Shown in pieces: positions 11,325 through 24,229 of a stretch of DNA of 38,636 bases; positions within the stretch are counted from its first letter, which is position 1; each line of letters starts with the position of its first letter. The notes under the pieces are model-generated. The model ran no database searches. It saw only the letters and a list, made by a program, of their open reading frames with translations, and had not been told where the DNA came from. A program made the translations under genes and the position numbers. Source of the DNA: Neoconidiobolus thromboides FSU 785 (taxonomy: Eukaryota; Fungi; Entomophthoromycota); contig MU626440.1 of assembly GCA_025603075.1 (NCBI GenBank), forward strand, positions 1-38,636, in the 5' to 3' direction.

Positions 11325-13372
11325 TTAATTTTTTATCATTATTGAACCTAAACATTGTTGATCAACAGAATATAAAACTAAATACTAAAATAAAAAATTA
11401 ATTTTAATTTTAATAAATATATTCAATAATAGAATAATAACTAACAAAAACTTACTTGTCCAGCTACAATACCACGCTGAGTATTTAAAAAATAAATTTT
11501 ATAATTGTTTTTAATTGAATTATAATATAAATAACATTTTTGTAATTTCATTGTGGATCTTAATTTAAAATAATAAAGTTGATATTTGTTAGCTAAAATA
11601 TAATAAAATTTTGAGTTAGTTTTGAATTAATATGAGGTAAATATATTATAAAATTAAAGATAATTTACTTTTTAATTCCTCTGGTATTTCTTCTAATATC
11701 CAATCAATTGAAGGAAGTATTAACTCAGATTGATACAATTTAGGATGGTTTCTAATAAATATAGATTAAATAGGTTAAATCGTTTTTAATCAAAATATAC
11801 AATTTACCTATCTGGAGCTACAATTAATAAATTATTTTCAATATCTTTAGAAATTATATAATACCTAATATGAAAGATATTATTAATATTATAATGAAAT
11901 TATTAGAGTTATTTTAAATTAACAATTATTACTTTTTAGATTTAAAACTTAATCTTAATCGTTGTCCGATTGTATAACTCCATATACCATCATGATAATC
12001 TAAGATAATAGTATTATTGTTGCTAATAAGTAATTCTCTTATTATTTTAATTAAGTTACCAATAAATTCATTTTCAGTAGTTATAATTTTACCAGGATTA
12101 TTAGAAATATAACTATCTAATAACAAATAATAAATTCGATTTATTCTATTATTATATTATATTATATTGCAATATCATTTTTGTTTCTATTAATACATAT
12201 TAACTTACTTAAAAATTCATTAAATTTTTTCTTTTTACCAATAAAACAAATGCCCATAGACTCGGCTTGTTCTGAAATACTTGTCAATCCTATTTTTTTA
12301 GCTATTTGTTTGACTTCTGTTTTATAATAGCAGCCCAAAGGGAAGAGAACCTATAAGAGATTATTAATATATTCTATTAGTTATACAAATATGATTTTAT
12401 CATTATTTACATTTTTAAATTGATATTGTTTTAAGTTAGATAAATAGTATGTTTGATCTTTTACTGGATCAATTGCTAATATAATAATTAAATTAGTATT
12501 GACAGAGAATAATATTGAATAGTTAATTTTATATTTACCTTGAAATAACTGATATTTATTATTACTTTGATTATACTTTAGTTGAGCGTAATGACCTTAA
12601 TAATAATAAAACGAATTAACATAATTAAATAAGACTCATAATTAAAAAGATTAATTTACCAGTAGCTAACCAAATATTATTATGTTGCTGAATATTCAAT
12701 CTTTGAATTAAACTATCAAATTTAATAAAATTATTACAAATTATATCTGGGTTAGGAGTTAATCCTATTGAATATTCAAAGATCATTTTTTCAAACACAA
12801 AATTCCAATAATCTTTAATAAAATTTAACTAAAAAAATAAAAAGATTAACATCCTGTTATAAATAACAATATTCATTTAATAATAATAGGTTTAATACGG
12901 GAGAATGTAATAAATAAGTTATTTAGAAATAAATAAAAATAATATATATAAAAGCTTACTCTTTTACAAGGAATCTTTAAATAATTGGCTATATTTTGTA
13001 CTTTTTCCCATTCTTTTTCACAACTTGAATCCAAACTTCCTTCTTCCTTAACATCCCAATTTTGCATATAGATTCCTTGAACATTTAAACCCTAAATTGA
13101 TTGTTATTCTGTTTTCTTAAATAAAACAAAACTATCATCGACTTACTTTCTCTTTTAATAAATAAGCTGTAACAGTTGAGTCCACTCCACCAGACATAGC
13201 TACATAAACTGTACAAGTCGAGTTTAGTTGATATTATAATTGTGGAATTGATTTTAATAACAATGTTAAACTTACCCAAATCCTTTTCTTTATTAACATG
13301 ATTTGTACTAACCGTTGTCCATTTTCTAATAATATTTAAACTAATATTTAATCTATCGATATTAAATTTCAT
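11325..13372 (-). CDS. SLM3: Mitochondrial tRNA-specific 2-thiouridylase (MnmA/TRMU/Slm3)
   Basis: Spliced motifs in order: AMSGGVDS, GIYMQNWD, TPNPDIICNNFIKF, ATG|HYA, KDQTYYL, ESMGICFIG, HDGIWSYTIGQR, RGIVAGQ|YLVLY, CLGSIMI. The N-terminal extension is consistent with a targeting peptide. Confidence 0.92.
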
Positions 13373-13558
13373 ATTCTATAATTTTATAGTTTTATAATTC
13401 TAAACTGTAAATAAATAAACCAAAAAACTCTTAAAAAAAGCTTCAAAAAATGGACGATTTTTATTCATTTATTATATTCATAAAACCTAGGAACCAATAA
13501 TATTGAATTTTGTTTGAATCTTTTTTTAAAAAAGTCATCCGAGAATCTTAATTTCTAA

Positions 13559-14756
13559 TTAATTCCTACGATAATACCTATTATCTCTTGCTAAATTTCT
13601 TGCATTATACGGTTCCCTGGGAGCGGAATATTTCCTATACGGTGCTTGTTGATTACCGATATAACCTCTATTTTCCATATTATACCCTCTATTTTCATAA
13701 AATCGTCCATTGTTTCTTCTCACATCACTTATTCTTCTAGTTTCTTCACTTTTAACAGGATTAAGAGGCTGTGGAGGAAGGATAGCAATCGACAAATAAT
13801 CTCCAATAAAAAATTTTAATTCAGCTAATGTTTTATCATCAGCAATCGATCTTCTACCATATATAACTGCACCCGCATCTTTCGCTGAATATTTTCGTAA
13901 ATTACTATCATAATATACAATCTTGAAGGAAACCACATTATCTTTTTGAATTTCTTGTTGATAAACGTGTTTTAATAAAAGACTAAGTTCACCAAGGCTA
14001 GTATTTTTCCTATAAGAAAAGAATTAAAGTTAACTGATTGATAGTGGGAACAGAATGCTTTTGACTTACCATGCATGCAAACGTATTTCTTCTTCTAAAG
14101 GCAATAAATCATCTCCAAACTCTAGTAAACTAAATTAAAACATTAATTTTAATTGTTCTACTTTACTATTCCAATTTTATAACTTACCTATGATGAGAAC
14201 CTTCTCTACAAAATAAACGTAACAGAAAGGGACATATCTAAAATAATTAGTTGATTACACTTATTTTTAAATATAATTTGAAATCAATTTCACTTACTTT
14301 ATTTCTAGTTTCATTTAACCGTTTGTATTTTTCTAAGTGTTGCGTACTACCCTGTTGATTTTCCAATCTCTCATTGTCATGTTCTTGCTTAATGTTCTCC
14401 GATCCTTGATGAAATTGAGGGTGTTGAATATTTTCAGTTACATTATTATTCTCTTCACCCATGTTTTCAGTTTTACTATGGCTTTGAGTATCGTTGTTAT
14501 CTTTGATGGGGCTTTTGCTTCCATCCCTTATATTTTCATTCAAATTATTACTTTCACTATGAGCATCAACTTCATTATTACTTTGGGATTCGATTGGATT
14601 TTCAACAATTTCTTTATGTTCTTCATTTTTAGTTTCAATTTCAGTTTCATTATGAGATTGGCTTTGTTCATTATTTTCGATAATAATACTATTCTTTTCC
14701 ATTATATTTTGATTACTATTATTAACTTCTTGATGTTCCATATTATTAGCTTGCAT
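13559..14756 (-). CDS. SAP18: SAP18 (Sin3-associated/ASAP-PSAP subunit) with long N- and C-terminal extensions (~339 aa)
   Basis: Exons 14756-14298, 14237-14188, 14129-14070, 14009-13559. Motifs KICPFLLRLF..HH, EIRLHAWKNTSLGEL and DDKTLAELKFFIGDYLSIAI. Confidence 0.88.
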
Positions 14757-14948
14757 TCTCTTAGTATTTAAAAAAAGAATAGAATCAAATAAAAAAGTCT
14801 AAGGAATGCTTAAAATTCAAAACTATTTTAATTTGCATATTAGATCGATTCTAATTGGTTCAAATAGAACGAAATGAATTGAAATCTTTTATGTTTTTAT
14901 AAACGTTTAATTTTTTAATTTTTTTTAATATTTCAATTTTCATAAAAA

Positions 14949-16845
14949 ATGTCCATAATTTCTTGTCAACGATGTCAGAACATCGTCAAATCGCATGAGA
15001 GTTTATTGGATATTAATGCTAGTACTTATGATTTGATGAATAGTAAATGATCTATTTATTCTCATTTCTATATACACTTATACTAATTCTTTTTCCTTAT
15101 TACTAATTCAGGCATCATCCAAAGCAAACCTATTGATAATAACAAAAATTATCATGAATTGCTCACCAGCCAACCAAGATTAGGAAGTATTGATAAAGAA
15201 GAGTTTAAGCGAAAAATACATTTATCCATACCAACAATCCCGGAAAATAGTATAATAAATAACAATAGTAATAATATAACTGATGGAAACAGTAGTAATA
15301 ATAATACAAATGAAAACCAATTAAATTCAACAATCGGAGGAAATGGCAATTTTGAATTAAACTCAACGGAATCGTTTATAATCTTAGGAAAATCTCAGTT
15401 AACACAATCAATATTAAATCCATATTTAATTGATAGTGAAGAAGATAATAAACAAGAGCAGTCAAACTCAAACTCGCAATCAAATAGTCAAAACAATTTT
15501 AATTTTAGCACACTTTTAACAATACAAAGTCAATTATTTGATAAAATTAATGAAAGTTCTGATTTTAATCATCCTTTATGTGAAGAGTGTTATGATGTTT
15601 TAATTAAAGGTTTATTGAGGAAAAAAAATGAAGCGATTAGGGAAAAATTGAAATATAAGGAATATTCTACTTTGATGATGAGACCAAATAATAATTGGAA
15701 TAATAATGAAGATGGGGTAAATGTTAATGATGCTAATCAATTGGAAAATGAAATTGAAAAGGTAAAGAATTTATGTATTGGTCTATTATGAGGGAGAATG
15801 TTAATGAAATTTGATTTTTTAGTTGAAGATAAAAGAAAGCTCAACTATAGATTCATTAAAGGAATTAGAAAAACAGTTAGAAAGTTTAAAGTTAAGCATT
15901 AAGGAATTGGAAGAAGAAGATAATTATTTAAAAATTGAAGAAGAAAAGTAAGTTTTATCAACCATGTATTAATATTATTATATTTATCATTTATTGTTAT
16001 ATCAGCTATTGGAATGAATTTAACAATTATGAATTACAATTAAATCAATTTGAAATTAACTGTTTGACTATAAATTCCAAATATCAGTTTGATTTAAAAC
16101 AATTAGAAATATTGCATAATACTTCTATATTTAATGATTTATTTCATATATCCCAATTTGATGGAATCGGTACAATTAATGGTTTAAGATTAGGTAGATT
16201 ACCTCCAGAACATAACGTAAGTTTATCTTAATCGTATTGTAATAACACAATAGTAATACTAATTTTGATTAGACCGAATGGAATGAAATTAACGCCGCTT
16301 GGGGACAAACGGTATTAGCTTTACATGTTGCTGCTAATAAATTAAATTTTAATTTTAAAAAGTAAGAATAGTAACGATAATAACTTTAAATTATCAATAA
16401 CTTAATTTAGATATACCCCCTACCCAAATGGTTCTTTTTCAAAGATCTTAAAAGAAAATCAAGATGGTACTAAAGAATACTATGAATTATTTTTACCACC
16501 TGAATCTACATTTTCAAGGATTTTATTATTAAGAAGATATGATTATGCTATGGCGGGTTATCTTTTTTGTTTAGAACAAATTCATTTATATATACAAACT
16601 TTGGATCCTAAGTTTAAATTACCTTATAAGTAAGTATTATTTTTTGATTTATAATATAGTTTCTTATTATTAATGTGCTTGTATTTTGATTTAGAATTGA
16701 TAATGATCGAATTAATAATTTACCCATTCATTTCCAATTTCATAATTTAGCTCAATGGTCGAAAGCTTTAAGATATACTTTAAGGAATACAAAATCTATA
16801 TTGTATTTTTTGACATCGCATGTTAATGCGAGTAATTTGAAATGA
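14949..16845 (+). CDS. ATG6: Autophagy protein Atg6/Vps30/Beclin-1
   Basis: Multi-exon gene. N-terminal SCQRC, HPLCEEC, coiled coil, [23 protein letters not shown] and C-terminal QWSKALRY. Confidence 0.92.
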
Positions 16846-17054
16846 AAGATATTTGGTTTGCTAGTTTTTTTAAGAAAAAATTTAGCACGTCATTTTTCCA
16901 AGGGATGACACCTTGATCACGTGGTTCGTTGGATTATTAGGCAGGAAATTTGTAAATAAAGTATTTATATTCTAATAAAATAAATTATTTTAAATTATTT
17001 TATTTAAGGTTTTAATTAATAAAGAATATTAAAAGTATTATAATATAATAATAA

Positions 17055-18643
17055 ATGGATACACAATTGGCTGAGTTTAAGAAGTTTCAATATAATTTTT
17101 TAACAATATTTAGTTTAATAATGCTATGTGAATGGTTACAAGCGCCTTATATTATCAAATTATATATGAGCTATGGCTATAATTTAAACCAAATTGTTAA
17201 TTTATTTACAATTGGCTACATTGCAGGGGCGATTGTTGGCCCCATTATTGCTGGTTTAGCGGACGGGATGTAAGTTCAATTTGATAATTTAATACATTCT
17301 AAATTGATAATATTTCCATTCCAATCAGTGGTCGTAAAAAAATCGGTAGTTTATTTATAGTATTATATCTCCTACATGGTTTTATACTCAACACCACCAA
17401 CTATTATTATTTACTGTTTGGGCGTTTTATAGCTGGTAGCGCTACCACTATTCTATTTTCAGTATTTGAAACTTGGATGGTAGAAGAACATTTTAGACAT
17501 AGTAAGCTTAATTTCGCTCATAACAACTATTTAAATAATTAACTCCTTAATTTAACTAGATTATCCCAAACCTTGGTTAGCAAAAACATTTAGTTTAATT
17601 ACATTTCTTAATGCTATAGCAGCTATAATCGCTGGTTTTTTAGCAGAAATATTGGTGAAGAGTTATTCCTTTGTAGCCCCTTTTAATTTAGCTAATATAA
17701 TTTTGTTGGTTTGTTTTATTGCTATACAAATCACTTGGAAAGAAAATTATGGTGAAAAAATGAAGGTAGAGGAATTGATTTTTTAGATTGCAATTTAATA
17801 TTAACGCTGATTATTAATAGCTATTTAACTTGACAAATTTTAAAAACTCGATTAGATATTTATTACAAGGTGAGCTATCCTTTAATTTAGCATATGATTA
17901 TTTTATTTATTTACTAAATACTAATAGATAATAATGCCCTCTTAATAGCTATTTCTCAATCTTTATTTGAATGTTCTATGTATACCTTTGCCTTTTTATG
18001 GGCACCAATATTAATTGAGGCAAATATCAACCCCAATGATAATTTGAATTTAGGTTATTTGTTTTCTTTATTTATGTTAAGTATGTCTATGGGCTCTATT
18101 CTATTTAATTATTTGTATAATCAACAAAGGATTAAATTGAAATTTCTGATTATAGTCTTGTTTTTATTTGCCTTTTTAGCTTTGTTTTTAGCTTCATTGA
18201 CAAAGGTAAGGAAGAAAATGGTTTATGTACAAAGCATTAGTTTGGTTTTAATATAGTAATCATTATTTCATATAGGATTTCCATCTTATACTACTCCTCT
18301 TTGTCGTATTTGAATTCACCGTGGGTATCTATTATCCTACTATATCACAACTGAGGAATCAATACTTACCTCAAAGTATCAAAGCTAATTTATTAGCTTT
18401 ATTTCGTACACCGTTAAATTTAATGGTAGCTATTTGTTTGAACTTAGTAAGTTATTGTAAAATTATTAATTAATAGTAAATTTTTAACAGTATTCTAATT
18501 TATTTTAGATACCAAAGTTTGATGTTTATTTTGTATTATTCGCAGCTTCAATACTATTGCTGATAGCTGCATTACTACTGTTGAGTTTAAATTATGAAGT
18601 TGAAATAGAAGAGGGTGAAGTACAGACAATTCTTATTGGATAG
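17055..18643 (+). CDS. MFSD5/MOT2-like major facilitator (molybdate-anion transporter family)
   Basis: Multi-exon gene. Motifs EWLQAPYIIKLY..YGY, LFSVFETWMVEEH, SLFECSMYTFAFLWAP, FEFTVGIYYP and ANLLALFRTPLNLMV. Confidence 0.85.
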
Positions 18644-19131
18644 ACTTTCAGTTTGTTGTAAATCAAAGGTTGAGTTTTCTTAATGTTTTTCTGAATTTAT
18701 AGTGAACAATAGTTTTGTAAATTAACATTAGTCAATATGTAAAATAGAAAATAAAATAAGATATGTTTAAAGTTATAAAATGTTAGAGTTTAATAAAAAA
18801 AATTTGTTGCTATTTAAGAATGTCCTATACTATATTTTTTTTAAATTCTTGCTAACTAGAGACATAATGTAAGTTGTTAAAAAAATATGCCAAAGTTTTA
18901 ACTTTACAAGTATATTTTTTATTGTTGTTTTAGTGATATGCGAATTTAATGTACTCTAAATTATTTAATTTGGTCCAATATATTATGAAAAAATAAAGTT
19001 AAAGAAAAAGATAGTACTATTATAGCACGAATAAGGATATTAAACTAAATAACATTGTATTTAATCTTGAATTAATTTTTAATGACTACAATATAACAGT
19101 TATAAAAAAAGTCAGTTTTAGTTAAAAGATA

Positions 19132-19227
19132 TGGGGATGTATTTTTATGTTTAAGAATTTTACTAACAAATTTTCCGCCTAAATAGTGTCTAAAAGATGG
19201 AAAAAGTGAAGTCAAAAAACACCCCTA
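19132..19227 (+). mobile_element. MITE copy 3
   Basis: TA|TGGGGATGTATTTT...AAAAAACACCCCTA|TA, with the same internal sequence as copy 1. Confidence 0.88.
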
Positions 19228-19789
19228 TACAACGGAAATTTTAATATATAAATGGCATGTCTTATATTTATAGAAAAATAATAATTTGTTTATAGAATAA
19301 TAATATTCAATATACTTTAATATACTAATTATTGATTAAAAATTAATATTAAATTAAAATAATTATTGTAATATATAAGTTAATTGTATTTGTGAAGATT
19401 ACTTTTATAAATTGTGTAAGTCTATCTAAGATTTCAGATCAGTGTTTAAAATTGTACATTATAAGATAGTATAAAAAGTATTAAGTTGTAAAAATTATAT
19501 CAAGCAATTGAAAAGTAGCTTTATTATAATAAATCAAGCATTCTATATATAGTGTGAAGTGAAAGGGAGTAGGGAAGACAAAACCTAATTATTTACCTTT
19601 AAAAATTAGGTAAAGGAACAAGATAGTAAAAACATAGTTATTTGTATAAATGTTTATTGTAAAAATTACATATCAACTGAAATCTGTGAGCAAAAACAAC
19701 TGCTTAATCTGAGTTGAGAAATCAACCATTATCAGATTTAAAGTGCTAGGCAGTAATTTAAGTCATCAAAATTCTTATAGTATCACTAC

Positions 19790-20253
19790 TGTGAAATATT
19801 GCTTTGTCAGTCCCATGGTTAATTATAGCATAATAATCGCCTAAGCTGTTGTGCTCTTGAGTTCAGAAAAAATCAATCCCACGCTCTTAGTTTGATTTGC
19901 TATGAGAATTTCTAGCTCCATTCCAAAGAACGTTATCTTCTCATTTTGATATCTATACTTTTCAGAGTATAAAACAGATTTTAGAGTACAATAGTTCAAG
20001 GCTTTTTAACTAAATCATTCCCTGATATCTCGAACATTTAATAAAGTCACTAAGTTTTCTTAATAGTATTTTACATAGATTTTACATCAGTGTTGTCTAC
20101 TCTATTTGCCTTACATAGTCTATAGCATATTATGTGCTATTCTTCATAATTCAAGTCTACCTTAGTCACATAAACTAAGACCTTTCGACTTATAGTGTAG
20201 GCAACCCAGCAATAGCTGTTCTTGACTCCAATCACTGAGTACCAGATTTCACA
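19790..20253. mobile_element. Solo LTR copy B (464 bp), inverted relative to copy A
   Basis: TGTGAAAT...ATTTCACA termini with a near-perfect 5-bp target-site duplication, ACTAC (19785-19789) / ATTAC (20254-20258). No internal retroelement sequence is adjacent. Confidence 0.82.
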
Positions 20254-20363
20254 ATTACTTATTTTTTGTTCTTTTTATTTTACTTAATCAGCTTAAAATA
20301 AAAAATATTAAATTCACAATAATTGAACACTCTAATTAACTTTTAATATACTTTTTTAACAAG

Positions 20364-20464
20364 TGGGAGTGTTTTTTTTGACTTCATTATTTTTTCCATT
20401 TTTTAAGCGCTGTTTAAGCGGAAAATTTGTTAGTAAAACTCTTAAACATTAAAATACATCCCCA
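20364..20464 (-). mobile_element. MITE copy 4
   Basis: TGGGAGTGTTTT...AAAATACATCCCCA with a clear internal match. The flanking TA dinucleotides are not preserved. Confidence 0.85.
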
Positions 20465-20696
20465 AATAGACAAAAAAATACTAATTTAAATAAAGGAGGT
20501 GAGATTCAAAGAAAATACTAGATTTCTAAAGTATCTGAATATAAAAATTTCAGTTAAAAAATTGAAAAATATAAAAGTCAAATAAGTGACTATTTTCTAA
20601 AAGCTGTTTTAGCAATATTATTTTTTAATATTTAAAAGATAGTTCAAACTCTTAACAATTCAGCTAATCTTGTTTTAGAAAAAAATTTCAAATATA

Positions 20697-20796
20697 TGGA
20701 GATGTATTTTTGTATTTAAGAATTTTACTAACAATTTTTCCATTCAAACAATATTTAAAAAATGGAAAAAGTAATGAAGCCAAAAAAACATCCCCA
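20697..20796 (+). mobile_element. MITE copy 5
   Basis: TA|TGGAGATGTATTTT...AAAAAAACATCCCCA|TA. Confidence 0.88.
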
Positions 20797-20845
20797 TATG
20801 CTAAGAAAGAATCTAATAAAAACTTATTTATTTAATATGAATATA

Positions 20846-20945
20846 TGGGGATGTTTTTTTGATTTCATCACTTTTTCCATTTTTTTAAGCGCTATTTAAG
20901 TGAAAAAATTATTAGTAAAATTCCTAAACATAAAATACACCCCCA
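20846..20945 (-). mobile_element. MITE copy 6 (inverted, 49 bp from copy 5)
   Basis: TA|TGGGGATGTTTTTTT...AAAATACACCCCCA. Confidence 0.88.
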
Positions 20946-21202
20946 TTAACTTATATGCTAGATAGGCTTTTATACACATTATTATTTCATACAATTTATT
21001 AACAATAAGTGTATAAATATAATAAAAAATCCCAAAAAAAGTTTTTTTTTGTTACAACTACAAATATGGGCTTTTATTTTTTATTTAAAAACTATCAGCA
21101 TATAAAAGCCTGCTTAACACTGGTTCAGCTTCTATTAAAATTGACCTATTTTTTAGATTTTTTGTTAAAAGGGTGAGATTATAATCTGTAAAATACAGTA
21201 GT

Positions 21203-21298
21203 AAAGAGTGTGCTTTTTTAGTTTTATCACTTTTTTCATTTTTTAAGCACTATTTAAATAGAAAAGCTATCAATAAAATTATTAAAAAAATATATCCT
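21203..21298 (-). mobile_element. Degenerate MITE copy 7
   Basis: Internal TTTTATCACTTTTTTCATTTTTTAAGCACTATTTAAATAGAAAA matches the family. The TIRs have decayed. Confidence 0.55.
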
Positions 21299-21741
21299 TG
21301 TTTTTTAATAAAATCCTGCTTTTAAATCATTAGTTAATTAAAAAAAAGTCTACTCTATAAAAAAGATACTATTAAAGTGCTGTAAAACAAAATTCTATGG
21401 TAAAATCATATAGTTATTTATTTATTATCAAACTAATAAATTAAAAGTTCTTTTTTTATAAAATAAAAAATTAATCAAATTTTCAAAAGCGATATTTTCA
21501 TTACTTCAAATTCATCATTCTTACTCTTCTTTTTATCTATTTTAACTAATTTGACTCAACACATTTATATAAAATGGCGTCATTTGTTTCCAATTAAATC
21601 ATTAAGCAATGATTAAACTCAACTAAAAGCCACTTAAAATAGCTCAATGACAATAATATTTAGCGGGGGAATGTTTATTATTAAAGATTTCAAACTTGAT
21701 TATTGCTTTTAGGCACTTTTATATTAATTTTTAATTTTCAA

Positions 21742-24229
21742 ATGTCCACAAGCCACTCCCACCATCAAATTCAACGTATATTTATAGGTCCCAGTATTGA
21801 ATATTGGTACAAAACAGAAGCTTGGTCATTAAGGGGTAATACCGATCGTAAAGCTTCAGTAGAAGATATAGTTAGGTCTACAGCATCAATACGTTCCACA
21901 ACAAGGTAATAAGAAAGAATATTTATCATTATTTTAAATTTTATTGTCGACTTAAAAGTAGATACTAATTATTTAATTTAACTACTATAGTAATTTACGT
22001 AATAATTCTTTATTGTTACCCAATTTAACCTCAGTGATCAGTTCTCCTAATTTAGAAGATCATAATTTATCAATCAATGCACCACTTTCGCTTGAAATAC
22101 CTAGTCCTGGGAGGAGCTTACCATATGATGTCAATTTTTCAGTAAGTAATATAAGAGCCAGTGAACTACCAAAACATTGTCGAGCATTAGTACGTATTGA
22201 ATATGCTAAAGAATGGAATGGAGCTCCAGGCACTTATCACTCTCAACTATTAAATGCAACTGAGCGTAAGTTTTTACCACTTAAAGAGTTTGGATTAATC
22301 TTATATCATAATCGATTGGAGTTGACCAATAGTATAGACAATGTAGATAGTGAAATTATTTTTGATGAGTTTACAAAGTTATCATTATATTCTATTACGG
22401 ATTATAGCTTAGCTATTACAAAAGAGCACATTAAAGAACATATTACCTGTGCCTATATTTTATTATTTCCAACACCCGAAATTGCTAAATCTTGGTATCT
22501 TAGTTTACACCAGATAATGAATAATGTTAAACAATTTCAAGATAATATATTGGTATCGGTACCAGAATTAAATACTAAGGTTAGTATATTAATAAGTTCA
22601 CCGGATATGAAAGTGTGGTCAATTAAAGAAGCAGTTATTGAAGCACTTAAAAAAGACGAAGATAATATGCAAACAGTTGAAGGTTGGGAAAGAGAAGGGA
22701 TGGTTGGCATGTGTTGGAAACACAATGATAAAATTGAATGGATAAGTGAAAGTAAAGAAATCAATAAAACGCATATGGAATATGATTTAGTATTAAGCCC
22801 ACAGTATATTGAACAAACACATGAGTTACAATTAAGAAGTAAGTCCCATAATATATTGAATGAAGAAGAACCACTTCCAGTTGAAGGTTATTTAATCTTT
22901 CGTGGGTTCTTTGAAGTAAATAGTAACAATGAACTTAAAAAGATTGATAGTGGAAGGTTAATTAAAGGACAAAGTTATTATATCTCTACATTTCAAAATC
23001 ATATTACATTTGTATCTAATAATAAGTTTTCAAAAAAGAACAAGAGTAATGTACTGCCCTTGGATTCTATACCCTTTACACTATTTTATCCTAAAGATCG
23101 ACCCAAATTTGATAATAATGAAAAGCATATGATTAATAAGAATGATTTAAATAGTCATAGTAATTTATTATTATTAAAAAATATGGATGGATTTGTTGAT
23201 ATGCGAGAAATTGTATCAATTGAAGAAAGTTGTAAGAACCAAGGAAGTAATAAAGATCCGTTATTCGATATTACTTTAATTGGAAATTATAAATTACGAT
23301 TTGAAGCATGGACAGTAGAATCAAGAAATGAATGGGTAAAGAGATTTGAAACGTTAATAATCTATTGGAAACAAAGTTCAAGAAAAGAATTAGAAACGCA
23401 AATTGAAATTAATAAAGTAAATGAAAATTTTAATCAAGAAGAATACAATAATGATGATACAATTAATGATAATCAAAATATTATTGTCAATCCAATTTTA
23501 TGGAAAAGTTGTCTTAACGAATATTGTTTTCCAATCTTAAAATCAGGTACTTTATATATTAAAGATCGTATCCATGCTCCTTTTCGTAAAGTTCATGCTA
23601 TTCTTACTTTAGATTCTTTACATTTTTTCGAATACTCAGTTACTTCTTTTTATAATAATAATAATGATAATAACAATAATAATAATAATTTAAGTAATAG
23701 TAATAGTAATATTGATAATAGAACTAACAATAATGAACAACAAGAAGGAGAACAAAGTTATTCTCCTTTTGACTTATCTCGTTTACCACCACCAATTAAA
23801 TTTTTACATTTAAGGGAAACTTCTAATTCATATATTTCATTAAAAAATTGTTTTATTTACAGTGGTTTAGCTATGGATTTAGTAGTTGATGGAGATGAAG
23901 TGGAACCACATTTATATCCAGATCGATTATTATCTCAAGACAGTGAATTAGATCGTACATTTACATTATGGGAATCTCATTTAGCTTATTTATGGCCTAA
24001 TAAAATGGAACAAAGAAATCAAGTGGAACTTGGTATTCATTTCTTATATCGAAATATGCATTGTGGCCACTCTTTAATTTGGCCTTGGCATTGGTTTATG
24101 CCCAGTTATTATGGTAAACAAAACAAATTTACATTTCAAACAAGGAGTAAATTAGAAAAAGAACACTGGATTTATTGTATTAATTTAGCCATTGAATATT
24201 TAATTATAAATGATAAATGGCATTATTAA
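21742..24229 (+). CDS. SPO71: Spo71/Mug56-family PH-domain protein (~800 aa)
   Basis: Exons 21742-21905 and 21991-24229. N-terminal RIFIGP..YW, PH-like blocks ending FEAWTVESRNEWV and FQTRSKLEKEHWIYCI, and CFIYSG..DL...EPHLYPD...SQDSELDRTFTLW typical of the Spo71 C-terminal region. Confidence 0.8.
23648..23735 (+). repeat. (AAT)n-rich microsatellite encoding a poly-Asn insert in the last Spo71 PH domain
   Basis: TTTTATAATAATAATAATGATAATAACAATAATAATAATAAT..., translating as NNNNDNNNNNNNLSNSNSN. Confidence 0.8.

Noticed and set aside
14337-14771. 144-aa hydrophobic plus-strand ORF that looks like a membrane protein
   Set aside because: Antisense to the Asn/Glu-rich SAP18 exon 1; A-rich codons read as Phe/Ile/Leu on the opposite strand.
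15152-15349. 65-aa minus-strand ORF
   Set aside because: Antisense to the Asn-rich ATG6 exon.
22537-22764. 75-aa minus-strand ORF
   Set aside because: Antisense shadow inside SPO71.
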